This document shows positions 37,059-44,503 of a stretch of DNA of 64,000 bases, in pieces. Position 1 is the stretch's first letter. Each line of letters opens with the position of its first letter. The notes under the pieces were generated by a model. That model was not told where the DNA came from. It saw nothing but the letters and a program-made list of their open reading frames with translations, and did no database searches. The translations under genes and the position numbers were made by a program. The DNA comes from Candidatus Hopanoidivorans cymbastelae. GTDB taxonomy: Bacteria > Actinomycetota > Acidimicrobiia > Acidimicrobiales > Hopanoidiivorantaceae. The DNA is taken from assembly GCA_028283145.1 (NCBI GenBank), contig JAPYNY010000021.1, positions 28,340 to 92,339 of the forward strand, written 5' to 3'.

Positions 37059-37888
37059 AAAATAAGCTTCCTAGGCTGTTTCGTGTAGTTGCTGCTGTCA
37101 TCTCCATTGCGACTTTGGCTGGAGTCTCACTGACTGCTGTTTTGAGCCTAGATAAAGATGACAGTACTGTTCATATTTTTTCCGCATATGTTAGTGATGA
37201 AAGAAAATTTGTCAACATAGATATTTCTTGGGATGCCTCGGCTCTAGTTCGCACCTATCCATCTAGTAGGTTCAGGATTGAAGATGATATTTCTGAGCCT
37301 GAGTGCACATCTTGCGCTAGGCATTCCATTGAATTGTGGAAGGCAGGCGTTAAAGTAGGTGAAGTTCGTTTAAGGGCTTGGGAAACATGGAATGATCTTT
37401 TTGATGGAGCTGGTAGGCAAGTTGGTGTGTTTGATTTATATCTTGAAGGTCGTCTTGTTGATCCTCCCAGTTATGATAGTTTTGTTTTGAAGAGAGGCAG
37501 GGAAGAATTAGCTAATGTGAAGCGTCCTTTACATCCCTTTTATCATCATTTTCCTGAAGCTTATGCCCGTCTTTCTGAAAGTGAGACATTTTCTCCTAGT
37601 GGACCCATCAAGTTTACCTTGGCTGTGACAAACGATTCAGATATTGATTGGGAATATCAGGTTTTTTGGAGATATAAGAACAATTCTAGCGATTCTTTCG
37701 ACAATCCTTCTCTGTCTTGGGGAAGATTCCCTAGATCTGAGTCCAGAATTATTCCTGCAGATACTTCTGAAGTTGAAATAGATCTTACAGGTATGATACC
37801 AAAAACAGAGCGCGCTCAAGTTACTGTCGCCGTTTTCGACGGACGTCACACACACTATATTGAAAGTAGGCCTTTTAAGGTGAGATAA
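37055..37888 (+). CDS. module 4 gene B: membrane-anchored B-family protein
   Basis: A perfect AAGGAGG lies 5 nt upstream, inside A4. TM helix LFRVVAAVISIATLAGVSLTAVL is identical to B1. It has the Cys pair SEPECTSC and is about 80% identical to B1 by eye. Confidence 0.7.
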   Translation: MKNKLPRLFRVVAAVISIATLAGVSLTAVLSLDKDDSTVHIFSAYVSDERKFVNIDISWDASALVRTYPSSRFRIEDDISEPECTSCARHSIELWKAGVKVGEVRLRAWETWNDLFDGAGRQVGVFDLYLEGRLVDPPSYDSFVLKRGREELANVKRPLHPFYHHFPEAYARLSESETFSPSGPIKFTLAVTNDSDIDWEYQVFWRYKNNSSDSFDNPSLSWGRFPRSESRIIPADTSEVEIDLTGMIPKTERAQVTVAVFDGRHTHYIESRPFKVR

Positions 37889-37952
37889 CAACGAGACAAA
37901 ATTCCTAAAGCACGCAAAGCGCACATCAAGAAAATTGAAATTGAGTATGAAT

Positions 37953-38022
37953 ATGAGACTTCTATGTTATAATGACATCTGCAATAAAAACAACACAATA
38001 TGGGAGCTACACATTGCTAAAT
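37953..38022 (+). repeat. conserved 70-nt post-B element, copy 3 (more divergent)
   Basis: ATGAGACTTCTATGTTATAATGACATCTGCAATAAAAACAACACAATATGGGAGCTACACATTGCTAAAT. Both ends (ATGA-ACTT and GC-ACACATTGCTAAAT) are conserved with copies 1 and 2. It contains TATAAT. Confidence 0.65.
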
Positions 38023-38162
38023 TTAGGCATAAATCTGTCTCCTGTCGTAAATCAGAATGTGGTGTTCTCAGCCTGTGCTTCAAGCCTCATATTCCTTTAG
38101 ACTTTCCCAACAGGCAAAAAGTTCCCGGCCGCCTGCTCCCTCCTTGAGAACTTGCGACTTGG

Positions 38163-39761
38163 TCAGCGTAGGGTTGGAAACAGCAGAACGTCCCTGATCG
38201 CATGCTGGTTGGCTAACAAGCCGGCCAGCCGGTCAATGCCAATGCCGAGACCTCCGGTTGGTGGCATGCCGTATGACATGGCTTTCAGATAATCCTCATC
38301 TATGGGCATGGCTTCCAGATCACCTTGCTGGCGGTAGCTGGCTTGAGCTTCAAATCGCTCGCGCTGTTGCTGCGGGTCGGTCAACTCGCTGAAAGCATTG
38401 GCAACCTCTCTGCCGGCGATGATCAGCTCAAAGCGCTCAGTCCAACCCGGCTGCTCGGGGCACTCCATAGCCAAGGGTGAGACCTCCAGAGGATAATTCA
38501 CCACAAAAGTTGGCTCCCAAATCTTGGGTTCGCAGGTTTTCTCATACAGCTCACACAGCAGTTTCCCAGCTCCCCACCACTCCTGCACTAAAACTTCATG
38601 TTGCCGGCAAAGCGATCTGAGATCCTCCAATGGCGTATCCAAACCAAATTCCACACCCAACTTCTCATGAAGCAGCTGCGTCATCGTCACCCTGCGCCAA
38701 GGCGTGCCAGCAGGAGCAGAGGCAAGCGCTGGGGCGGGCGTGGAAGTGGGGGCAGAGACAGAAGCACGCTCCGAAGCAGAGGAATTCGCCGGGCCAGCAT
38801 CCCCCGACACCCTAACCCCGGAAGGCTCTTCCAAACTGAGTTCCCTATCACCATATATGAGACGCAAAGTCCCCAGCAAGCTCTGCGCTAGATGCACAAT
38901 CAACTCTTTGGTCAAATCCATCATGGTTTCGTAGTTGCCGTAGGCACAATACAACTCCAGCAGGGTGAATTCAGGGTTGTGGCGGGTTGACAAACCCTCG
39001 TTTCTGAAAACTCTGCCAATCTCATAAACCTTTTCCATCCCCCCAATCACAAGCCGTTTCAGATACAGCTCGGGAGCCACCCGCAAATACAAATCCTTGT
39101 CCAAAGCCTCGTGATGAGTCACAAAGGGCTTCGCCAAGGCACCGCCAGCAATGGGGTGCAAAATCGGCGTTTCCACCTCCACATAGCCCTGAGCCTCAAG
39201 CCAACTCCTGGTCTCAGACAGCAATCTGCTGCGCAGAACGAACGTCTCTCTGGCTTGTTCAGTCACCCACAAATCCAGGTAGCGCTGCCTGTAACGGGTG
39301 TCAACATCTGCCAGCCCATGCCACTTGTCGGGAAAAGGATTCTCAGTGCGAGCCAAGACCTGCCAATGGTCGGCACGAACCGAAAGCTCCCCGCGACGGG
39401 TGGTCATGATTTCCCCGCTGACCTCCAACCAATCGCCAATAGAGCACTCGCAGAATTTCGCAAACTCAAAGGTGCGGGCCGCGGGTGCGAATATCTGAAG
39501 CCTGCCGGTGCTGTCCTGAATCGTCCCGAAGGCGACCTTGCCCTGGACTCGGCGTAGCATCAACCGCCCAGCTACGGCACGGCTCTGCCCAGTTTCTGTT
39601 CCAGCTTCCAAGCCGTCAAACTCCTGGCGCACAGCCGCGATGCTGACTTTGGGCGGCGATGCAGCCGCAGGGTTTGTGGCAGAGTTCATGGCTGGATTCG
39701 TATCGGGGCTTATGGTGGAGTTCGTATCGGAGTTCATTGCTGGATTCGTATCGGACTTCAT
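38163..39761 (-). CDS. lysS: lysine--tRNA ligase (class II) with an N-terminal octapeptide-repeat extension and an internal low-complexity insertion
   Basis: OB-fold segment GRLMLRRVQGKVAFGTIQDSTGRLQIF, motif 2 VFRNEGLSTRHNPEFTLLE, and motif 3 GGLGIGIDRL. I use ATG 39761, which forms an ATGA overlap with the coaX stop, instead of 39812. Confidence 0.85.
   Translation of the reverse strand: MKSDTNPAMNSDTNSTISPDTNPAMNSATNPAAASPPKVSIAAVRQEFDGLEAGTETGQSRAVAGRLMLRRVQGKVAFGTIQDSTGRLQIFAPAARTFEFAKFCECSIGDWLEVSGEIMTTRRGELSVRADHWQVLARTENPFPDKWHGLADVDTRYRQRYLDLWVTEQARETFVLRSRLLSETRSWLEAQGYVEVETPILHPIAGGALAKPFVTHHEALDKDLYLRVAPELYLKRLVIGGMEKVYEIGRVFRNEGLSTRHNPEFTLLELYCAYGNYETMMDLTKELIVHLAQSLLGTLRLIYGDRELSLEEPSGVRVSGDAGPANSSASERASVSAPTSTPAPALASAPAGTPWRRVTMTQLLHEKLGVEFGLDTPLEDLRSLCRQHEVLVQEWWGAGKLLCELYEKTCEPKIWEPTFVVNYPLEVSPLAMECPEQPGWTERFELIIAGREVANAFSELTDPQQQRERFEAQASYRQQGDLEAMPIDEDYLKAMSYGMPPTGGLGIGIDRLAGLLANQHAIRDVLLFPTLR
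39684..39761 (-). repeat. 24-nt tandem repeats (about 3.5 units) encoding the octapeptide repeats at the LysRS N-terminus
   Basis: Units at 39684-39707, 39708-39731 and 39732-39755 plus a partial unit. They encode MKSDTNPA MNSDTNST ISPDTNPA MNSATNPA. Confidence 0.85.
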
Positions 39762-40591
39762 GACGGACGATTTTTCTCCCAGACCTTGCGCAGCCCGTGC
39801 AATGTCAGCCAAGGCTCCGCTCGCTGAATGGTTTTGGAAAACGGCACTATCACATCTGCTATGCCGCCTGTCGCCAAGATTTGAACACCATCTGGGGCAT
39901 TTCCCTGGGAGATCATTTCCTCACGGAATAGCTGGCACAGGCCGTCCACCTGTGAGGCATATCCATAAAGAACGCCCGACTGAATTGACTCAACAGTGCT
40001 TTTGCCGATCACATTGCGGGGCTTCAGAAGCTCTATGGCTTGGAGAGCCGAGGCACGCTCAACCAGCGCATCCAAGCTAATTTCAACACCCGGAGCAATG
40101 GCTCCACCCAGATATTCCCCTTTGGTGCTGATGGCGTCAAAAGTTGTGCCGGTGCCAAAATCCACCACGATAGTGGCATTCTTGGTCAAGTCGTAGGCCC
40201 CAGCAGCGTTGGCAATCCTGTCGGCCCCGACTTCACGAGGATTGTCATACAAAATAGCTATTCCCGACTTGACCCCCGGTGCCAAGACCACCGGTTCGCA
40301 GGCTAGATAGCGCGCCGACATAGACCGCAAACTGGCAGTGACTCTCGGAACTCCAGAGGAGATAGCCACCCCGCCGATGTCAGCCAGAAAATCGCGGCTG
40401 TGCACTGAAAAAAATCCATCAAACAGCACAGCCATCTCGTCTTCGGTGCGGCTGGCAACCGTGGCAACTCTCCAATGCCCAACCAGCCCAGCCGAAGCAT
40501 CCCCCTGCTGGGAATAGCCGTCTTCATAGATGCCGATGACGGTCTGGGTGTTGCCTACGTCAATGACCAGCAGAAGTTTGTCTTGGAGCAT
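39758..40591 (-). CDS. coaX: type III pantothenate kinase
   Basis: LLVIDVGNTQTVIG N-terminus, DFGTGTTFD, and an ASKHA-fold pattern; 277 aa. Confidence 0.85.
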   Translation of the reverse strand: MLQDKLLLVIDVGNTQTVIGIYEDGYSQQGDASAGLVGHWRVATVASRTEDEMAVLFDGFFSVHSRDFLADIGGVAISSGVPRVTASLRSMSARYLACEPVVLAPGVKSGIAILYDNPREVGADRIANAAGAYDLTKNATIVVDFGTGTTFDAISTKGEYLGGAIAPGVEISLDALVERASALQAIELLKPRNVIGKSTVESIQSGVLYGYASQVDGLCQLFREEMISQGNAPDGVQILATGGIADVIVPFSKTIQRAEPWLTLHGLRKVWEKNRPS

Positions 40592-40743
40592 GATTTATCT
40601 GGGATGAGGGAGTTTGGGCTTAGGGGCTTTGTATTTGGGTATCTGGGTTGCGGGAAAAGATTGTGCCACGTTCTTAGATTAGAGTTAGCCTGCTGGATGT
40701 CGGATGCTTAGTGCGCGCTAGTGCGTTTCATTGGCTGGAGGCA

Positions 40744-41646
40744 TTAGGCAATGTCTAGACCGATGTCCAAGGCGTGCGCTCCCCCAACCAGCGAACCTGA
40801 AGAAATGGCGTCAAGCCCTAAATCCAGATAGTCGGAGATGTTGTCTAAAGTTATGCCTCCTGAAGCTTCCAAATATGGGGGGGCGAATGGGGGCGTGGAG
40901 GCTGACTGGGATGAAGCAACGGCTTGGGGCCGAGTAGCATAGTCGACCACCTTGGCGATTGCTTCGGGAGACATATTGTCTAACAACAGCGCATCTGCTC
41001 CGCTGTCAAGGGCCTGAGTAGCCTGCTCAACTGAATCGCACTCAACTTGGACTTTCCGAGCCGGCCAATGCTGCCTGGCCAGTTGGACTGCAGCCGGAAT
41101 TTGAAGAACGCTCAGGTGATTGTCTTTCAGCATCACCCAATCAGACAAACCAGACCGGTGGCTGCAACCCCCGCCCGCCCTGACTGCAGCTTTCTCCAAG
41201 CTTCGCAGCCCAGGAGTGGTCTTTCGGGTGTCAAAAATGGCTACTCTGCCAGCAGCCTTGTCCACAAATCGCCTAGTGTGAGTTGCGATACCCGAAAGGT
41301 GGCTCAAAAAGTTGAGCGCCACCCTCTCCGCAGTGCACATAGATGCCAGCCCGCCCGAAACTATAGCGATGGTCTGCCCCGCGGAAAGCTGCTCGCCTTC
41401 TCCAACCAGCCAGCTGAGGCTTAGGTAGGAGTCAATCTGCAAGAAGGTTTCCTGTGCACAGGCGGTGCCTGCCAAAATTCCGCTTGACCGAGCCACAATT
41501 CGCGCAGTGGTCTGAACCGACGGAGGCAGTAGAGCCGCCGTCAGATCTCCCAGCGGTCCGATGTCTTCAGCCAAGGCCAACCCAACAGCCTTGGAGACTT
41601 CCGCCTTCGGTGGGTGCAACAACAACGGGCTGCGGTTTGTCTGCAT
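40744..41646 (-). CDS. nadC: nicotinate-nucleotide (quinolinate) pyrophosphorylase
   Basis: ALAEDIGPLGDLT, FDTRKTTPGLR, HRSGLSDWVMLKDNH and LLDNMSPE motifs. Confidence 0.85.
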   Translation of the reverse strand: MQTNRSPLLLHPPKAEVSKAVGLALAEDIGPLGDLTAALLPPSVQTTARIVARSSGILAGTACAQETFLQIDSYLSLSWLVGEGEQLSAGQTIAIVSGGLASMCTAERVALNFLSHLSGIATHTRRFVDKAAGRVAIFDTRKTTPGLRSLEKAAVRAGGGCSHRSGLSDWVMLKDNHLSVLQIPAAVQLARQHWPARKVQVECDSVEQATQALDSGADALLLDNMSPEAIAKVVDYATRPQAVASSQSASTPPFAPPYLEASGGITLDNISDYLDLGLDAISSGSLVGGAHALDIGLDIA

Positions 41647-41650
41647 GGTG

Positions 41651-42502
41651 CTACAACTTTACCCCAAGGTTGTCTATGAGCCTAGCGGTGCCAACCTTTG
41701 CCGCTGCCAGCAAACGCAAATCCCCCTCCAGTTTGCTTGGCGGCAGAAGCGTCTGCGAATTTACCACCACAGCATAATCCAGCGTTTCCACCACAGCTTC
41801 CGCCACAATCAGCTCCGACATAGCCTCGCTGACTGACTTGACTGTGGCCTCAGTATTTTTCACAATCAAATCAACTCCATGCCTCAAAGCCCTATTCAAT
41901 ACCGTGGCACCCGCACGCTGCTCAGGCGTCAAGTAGCGATTGCGACTTGAAAGCGCCAACCCGTCTGGCTCCCGCACAATATCGCAACCCACCACCTTGG
42001 CCGGCAGCGATAAATCTTGCGCCAAAGAGCGGACTACGCAAAGCTGCTGCCAGTCCTTTTCGCCAAAATAGGCACGGCAGTCGCCAATGATGGCAAACAG
42101 CTTGGCTACAATCGTCGCCACTCCCTCAAGGTGTCCCGGTCGATATTTGCCCTCCAGAACTTCACCCAGCCCAGACAGCTGCATCGAGATAACAGCTGGG
42201 CTGGGGAACATTTCTTCTGCTGCAGGGGCAAAGACCAAATCAACTCCAACCTGTTCGCACAATTGATTGTCTTCGGCAAGGTTGCGCGGATAGCGTTCAA
42301 AATCCTCGTCGGGGGAGAACTGCAGCGAATTGACGAAATTGGAAACCACAGTGAAATCGTTTTCGGCCACACTGCGGCGCATCAAGCTCAAATGACCTTC
42401 ATGAAAAGCACCCATGGTGGGCACATACCCCACCGTTTGGCGCGAACATCGGACTTGCGCAAGCAAACCCCGAACGGTGTCTATGGATGTGGCAACAATC
42501 AC
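41651..42502 (-). CDS. panC: pantoate--beta-alanine ligase
   Basis: GYVPTMGAFHEGHLSLM (HIGH-type), FGEKDWQQ and SSRNRYL motifs. Confidence 0.85.
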   Translation of the reverse strand: MIVATSIDTVRGLLAQVRCSRQTVGYVPTMGAFHEGHLSLMRRSVAENDFTVVSNFVNSLQFSPDEDFERYPRNLAEDNQLCEQVGVDLVFAPAAEEMFPSPAVISMQLSGLGEVLEGKYRPGHLEGVATIVAKLFAIIGDCRAYFGEKDWQQLCVVRSLAQDLSLPAKVVGCDIVREPDGLALSSRNRYLTPEQRAGATVLNRALRHGVDLIVKNTEATVKSVSEAMSELIVAEAVVETLDYAVVVNSQTLLPPSKLEGDLRLLAAAKVGTARLIDNLGVKL

Positions 42503-42505
42503 CTG

Positions 42506-43249
42506 CTAGGACAAATCCGCTGCTTGGGACTCTGGCTGGTTGGAAAATCTGCTGTGGCCGTGACCCTTAATACCTAGCTTCACCTGCGACCAAGGCAGTT
42601 CAAATAAATCCCCGACGTTGTCAATGTCGCCATCTTTTGGGTCTTCCCAGTTGATCAAAAATTCAGGTGCCAAATCACCCAGCGGAATCATCACAAAACG
42701 CCTCTGCCACATGCGTGGATGCGGAATAGTGAGATTTTGTTCGTTTAGGGTGATGTTTTCCATCCAAAGCACGTCAATATCTAGAGTACGCGGGCCCCAG
42801 CGTTCCCGGCGAATTCTGCCAGCGAACTGCTCAACTTCAAGACATCGCCTAAGCAGGTCGCGGGGGGTGTGCGTTGTAAACACTTCGATGACGATATTCA
42901 GGTAGGCACCTTGGCTGGGCCCGCCGATGGGTGCGGTTTCATACACAGGTGAGACCGCCACTACTTCCAATGCTGACCCGGCGGTGGCTGCCGAGCTGGA
43001 CAGGGCTGCCGGGTTGGACGGGGTCGCCGAGCTGGGTGAGGCTACCAAGCTGGATGGGGCCACAGAACTGGGCGAAGCTGCTGATTCAGGCTGGTCGCCC
43101 GAAGCCAGCCACAGCACAGCTTGTTGCAGGTAGGAGCGCCTGTCACCCAGATTGCTGCCCAAGCCCAGAAATGCCCGCGTGCCATCGCTGGGAGACTCGC
43201 TTTCGCTGCCGGGAAACTCGTTTTCGCTGGGAGGCTCTGTGTGCTTCAT
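42506..43249 (-). CDS. folK: 2-amino-4-hydroxy-6-hydroxymethyldihydropteridine diphosphokinase with an S/A/P-rich insertion
   Basis: AFLGLGSNLGDR, VSPVYETAPIGG, GPRTLDIDVL and IPHPRMWQRRFV motifs. A ~45-aa low-complexity loop is inserted after the first helix. Confidence 0.75.
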   Translation of the reverse strand: MKHTEPPSENEFPGSESESPSDGTRAFLGLGSNLGDRRSYLQQAVLWLASGDQPESAASPSSVAPSSLVASPSSATPSNPAALSSSAATAGSALEVVAVSPVYETAPIGGPSQGAYLNIVIEVFTTHTPRDLLRRCLEVEQFAGRIRRERWGPRTLDIDVLWMENITLNEQNLTIPHPRMWQRRFVMIPLGDLAPEFLINWEDPKDGDIDNVGDLFELPWSQVKLGIKGHGHSRFSNQPESQAADLS

Positions 43250-43812
43250 TTCAACTCCGCGGTGTTGGGAGAATTTGCCGCGCTAGCACTAGGAGAATCC
43301 GCCGCGCCAGGAGGATTTTTTTGACGCCAATTCGCCATGTTGACCAGATTTTGCCTTGTGTGCATGCTTATGTGCCGACCAAACAACTGATTGATGGCTT
43401 GTTCAGCCGACATAGCCGAGCCTGCCGAACCGAACCATAACAAAAAACACCCCATGAAAGCTACGATGAGGTCATCCAGGGTATGGCGATGCACCAGCAA
43501 CCGCTGCCCGTTGTCCAGCCGCTTTCCAATCTCAAAATAGATTTTGTGCAGCACCGCGGGGGTGGGCAATTCTTTGAGGTCAATTTCATAGCACGGGATG
43601 CGCATGCTCTCATAAGCCTTGAACATCTGATGGTCGGGCAGCAGCGGTATGATCGCACTGAAATTATTCTTTCTGATCCAAATCAACTCTTCCTTGAGGC
43701 GCGCCTCACGGCGAGTGGTCCCGAAACCTCCCGGGCAATCGCAGACAGCCAGCTTCTCAGGCACAACCCAAATAAAATTCTTGGGAGGAATGCCGTCTCC
43801 CCAGCGAATCAT
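43246..43812 (-). CDS. hypothetical protein, possibly a dual-specificity-phosphatase-like fold with a degenerate active site
   Basis: I start it at ATG 43812, adjacent to the upstream stop, rather than at 43905. LLVHRHTLDDLIVAFMGCF sits where a PTP-loop VHCxxGxxR would be. This is weak similarity only. Confidence 0.25.
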   Translation of the reverse strand: MIRWGDGIPPKNFIWVVPEKLAVCDCPGGFGTTRREARLKEELIWIRKNNFSAIIPLLPDHQMFKAYESMRIPCYEIDLKELPTPAVLHKIYFEIGKRLDNGQRLLVHRHTLDDLIVAFMGCFLLWFGSAGSAMSAEQAINQLFGRHISMHTRQNLVNMANWRQKNPPGAADSPSASAANSPNTAELK

Positions 43813-44486
43813 GCTGCCAGCTTTCTGAAACAGACTTGCCTGGCTTGGTGGACAGCCACAACGTCGTCTGTGACCAAAAGCTTGGCTTGCTGCGCCATCG
43901 CCCAAACTGCCAAAGCGACTTTTTCTGCTTGGCGGGTATTGCCCTGGCGGGTCTCGCCGGAAAAGCTTTGGCTACTGCTGGAAGAACAGAAACGTAAATC
44001 AACTGCTTGAGCCACTTCAGAGTTGCCGTTGGATAATTTTTCCACTGGATATTCAATGTATAGCTGTTTTAACCTTTCGCAAAAACTAGCCGCTTGCTTG
44101 GCAGTCAAAGCCTCGGTTGGTTCCTTGTGGCTGTCGGAAAGCACCCAGCAGAGACCCCGAAGCTTGTTTTCTGCAACTTGTCCGGCAACTTGCCTAAGAG
44201 CAGCAAGGCTGCCCCATAGAATCGACACCCCCAAATCAGCCGCCCAAATAGCTAAACCAGGGTCAGCCACGCAAGCCCCCAATTGTTGCTTCGGGAAAAT
44301 CTCTTCAACTGCATTGATTTGGGACTCCAAGTTTTCCAGCCGCTCGCTGCCCGCCAAATCAACCCTTACGACATCGGCAAGCCCCAAAGCTTCAATTTGC
44401 TCAACTCCCAGAGACTTGGGGTGGCCCGCCATAGTACCTGCCAACAAGGGGGCCTCATCCAAACAGGATTGAAGGGTTTGAGTCAT
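43809..44486 (-). CDS. dihydropteroate-synthase-like (pterin-binding fold) protein, short and degenerate
   Basis: Only 225 aa. There is distant resemblance to DHPS blocks (ADVVRVDLAGSE vs GADIIDVGGEST; C-terminal R..EKVALAVWAMAQQAKLLVTDDV vs R...T.A....A...GA.I.RVHDV). It lacks the N-terminal NxTPDSFSDGG block. It occupies the folP position next to folK. Confidence 0.35.
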   Translation of the reverse strand: MTQTLQSCLDEAPLLAGTMAGHPKSLGVEQIEALGLADVVRVDLAGSERLENLESQINAVEEIFPKQQLGACVADPGLAIWAADLGVSILWGSLAALRQVAGQVAENKLRGLCWVLSDSHKEPTEALTAKQAASFCERLKQLYIEYPVEKLSNGNSEVAQAVDLRFCSSSSSQSFSGETRQGNTRQAEKVALAVWAMAQQAKLLVTDDVVAVHQARQVCFRKLAA

Positions 44487-44503
44487 GCTGCGCTGGCTGA
44501 TTT

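Noticed and set aside
31398-38162. Integrative element, prophage or CRISPR interpretation of the island
   Set aside because: I saw no integrase, recombinase or transposase ORF, no tRNA or tmRNA at either edge, and no flanking direct repeats. The 70-nt repeats are irregularly spaced (about 2.7 kb and 1.8 kb apart) with protein-coding DNA between them, so this is not a CRISPR array.
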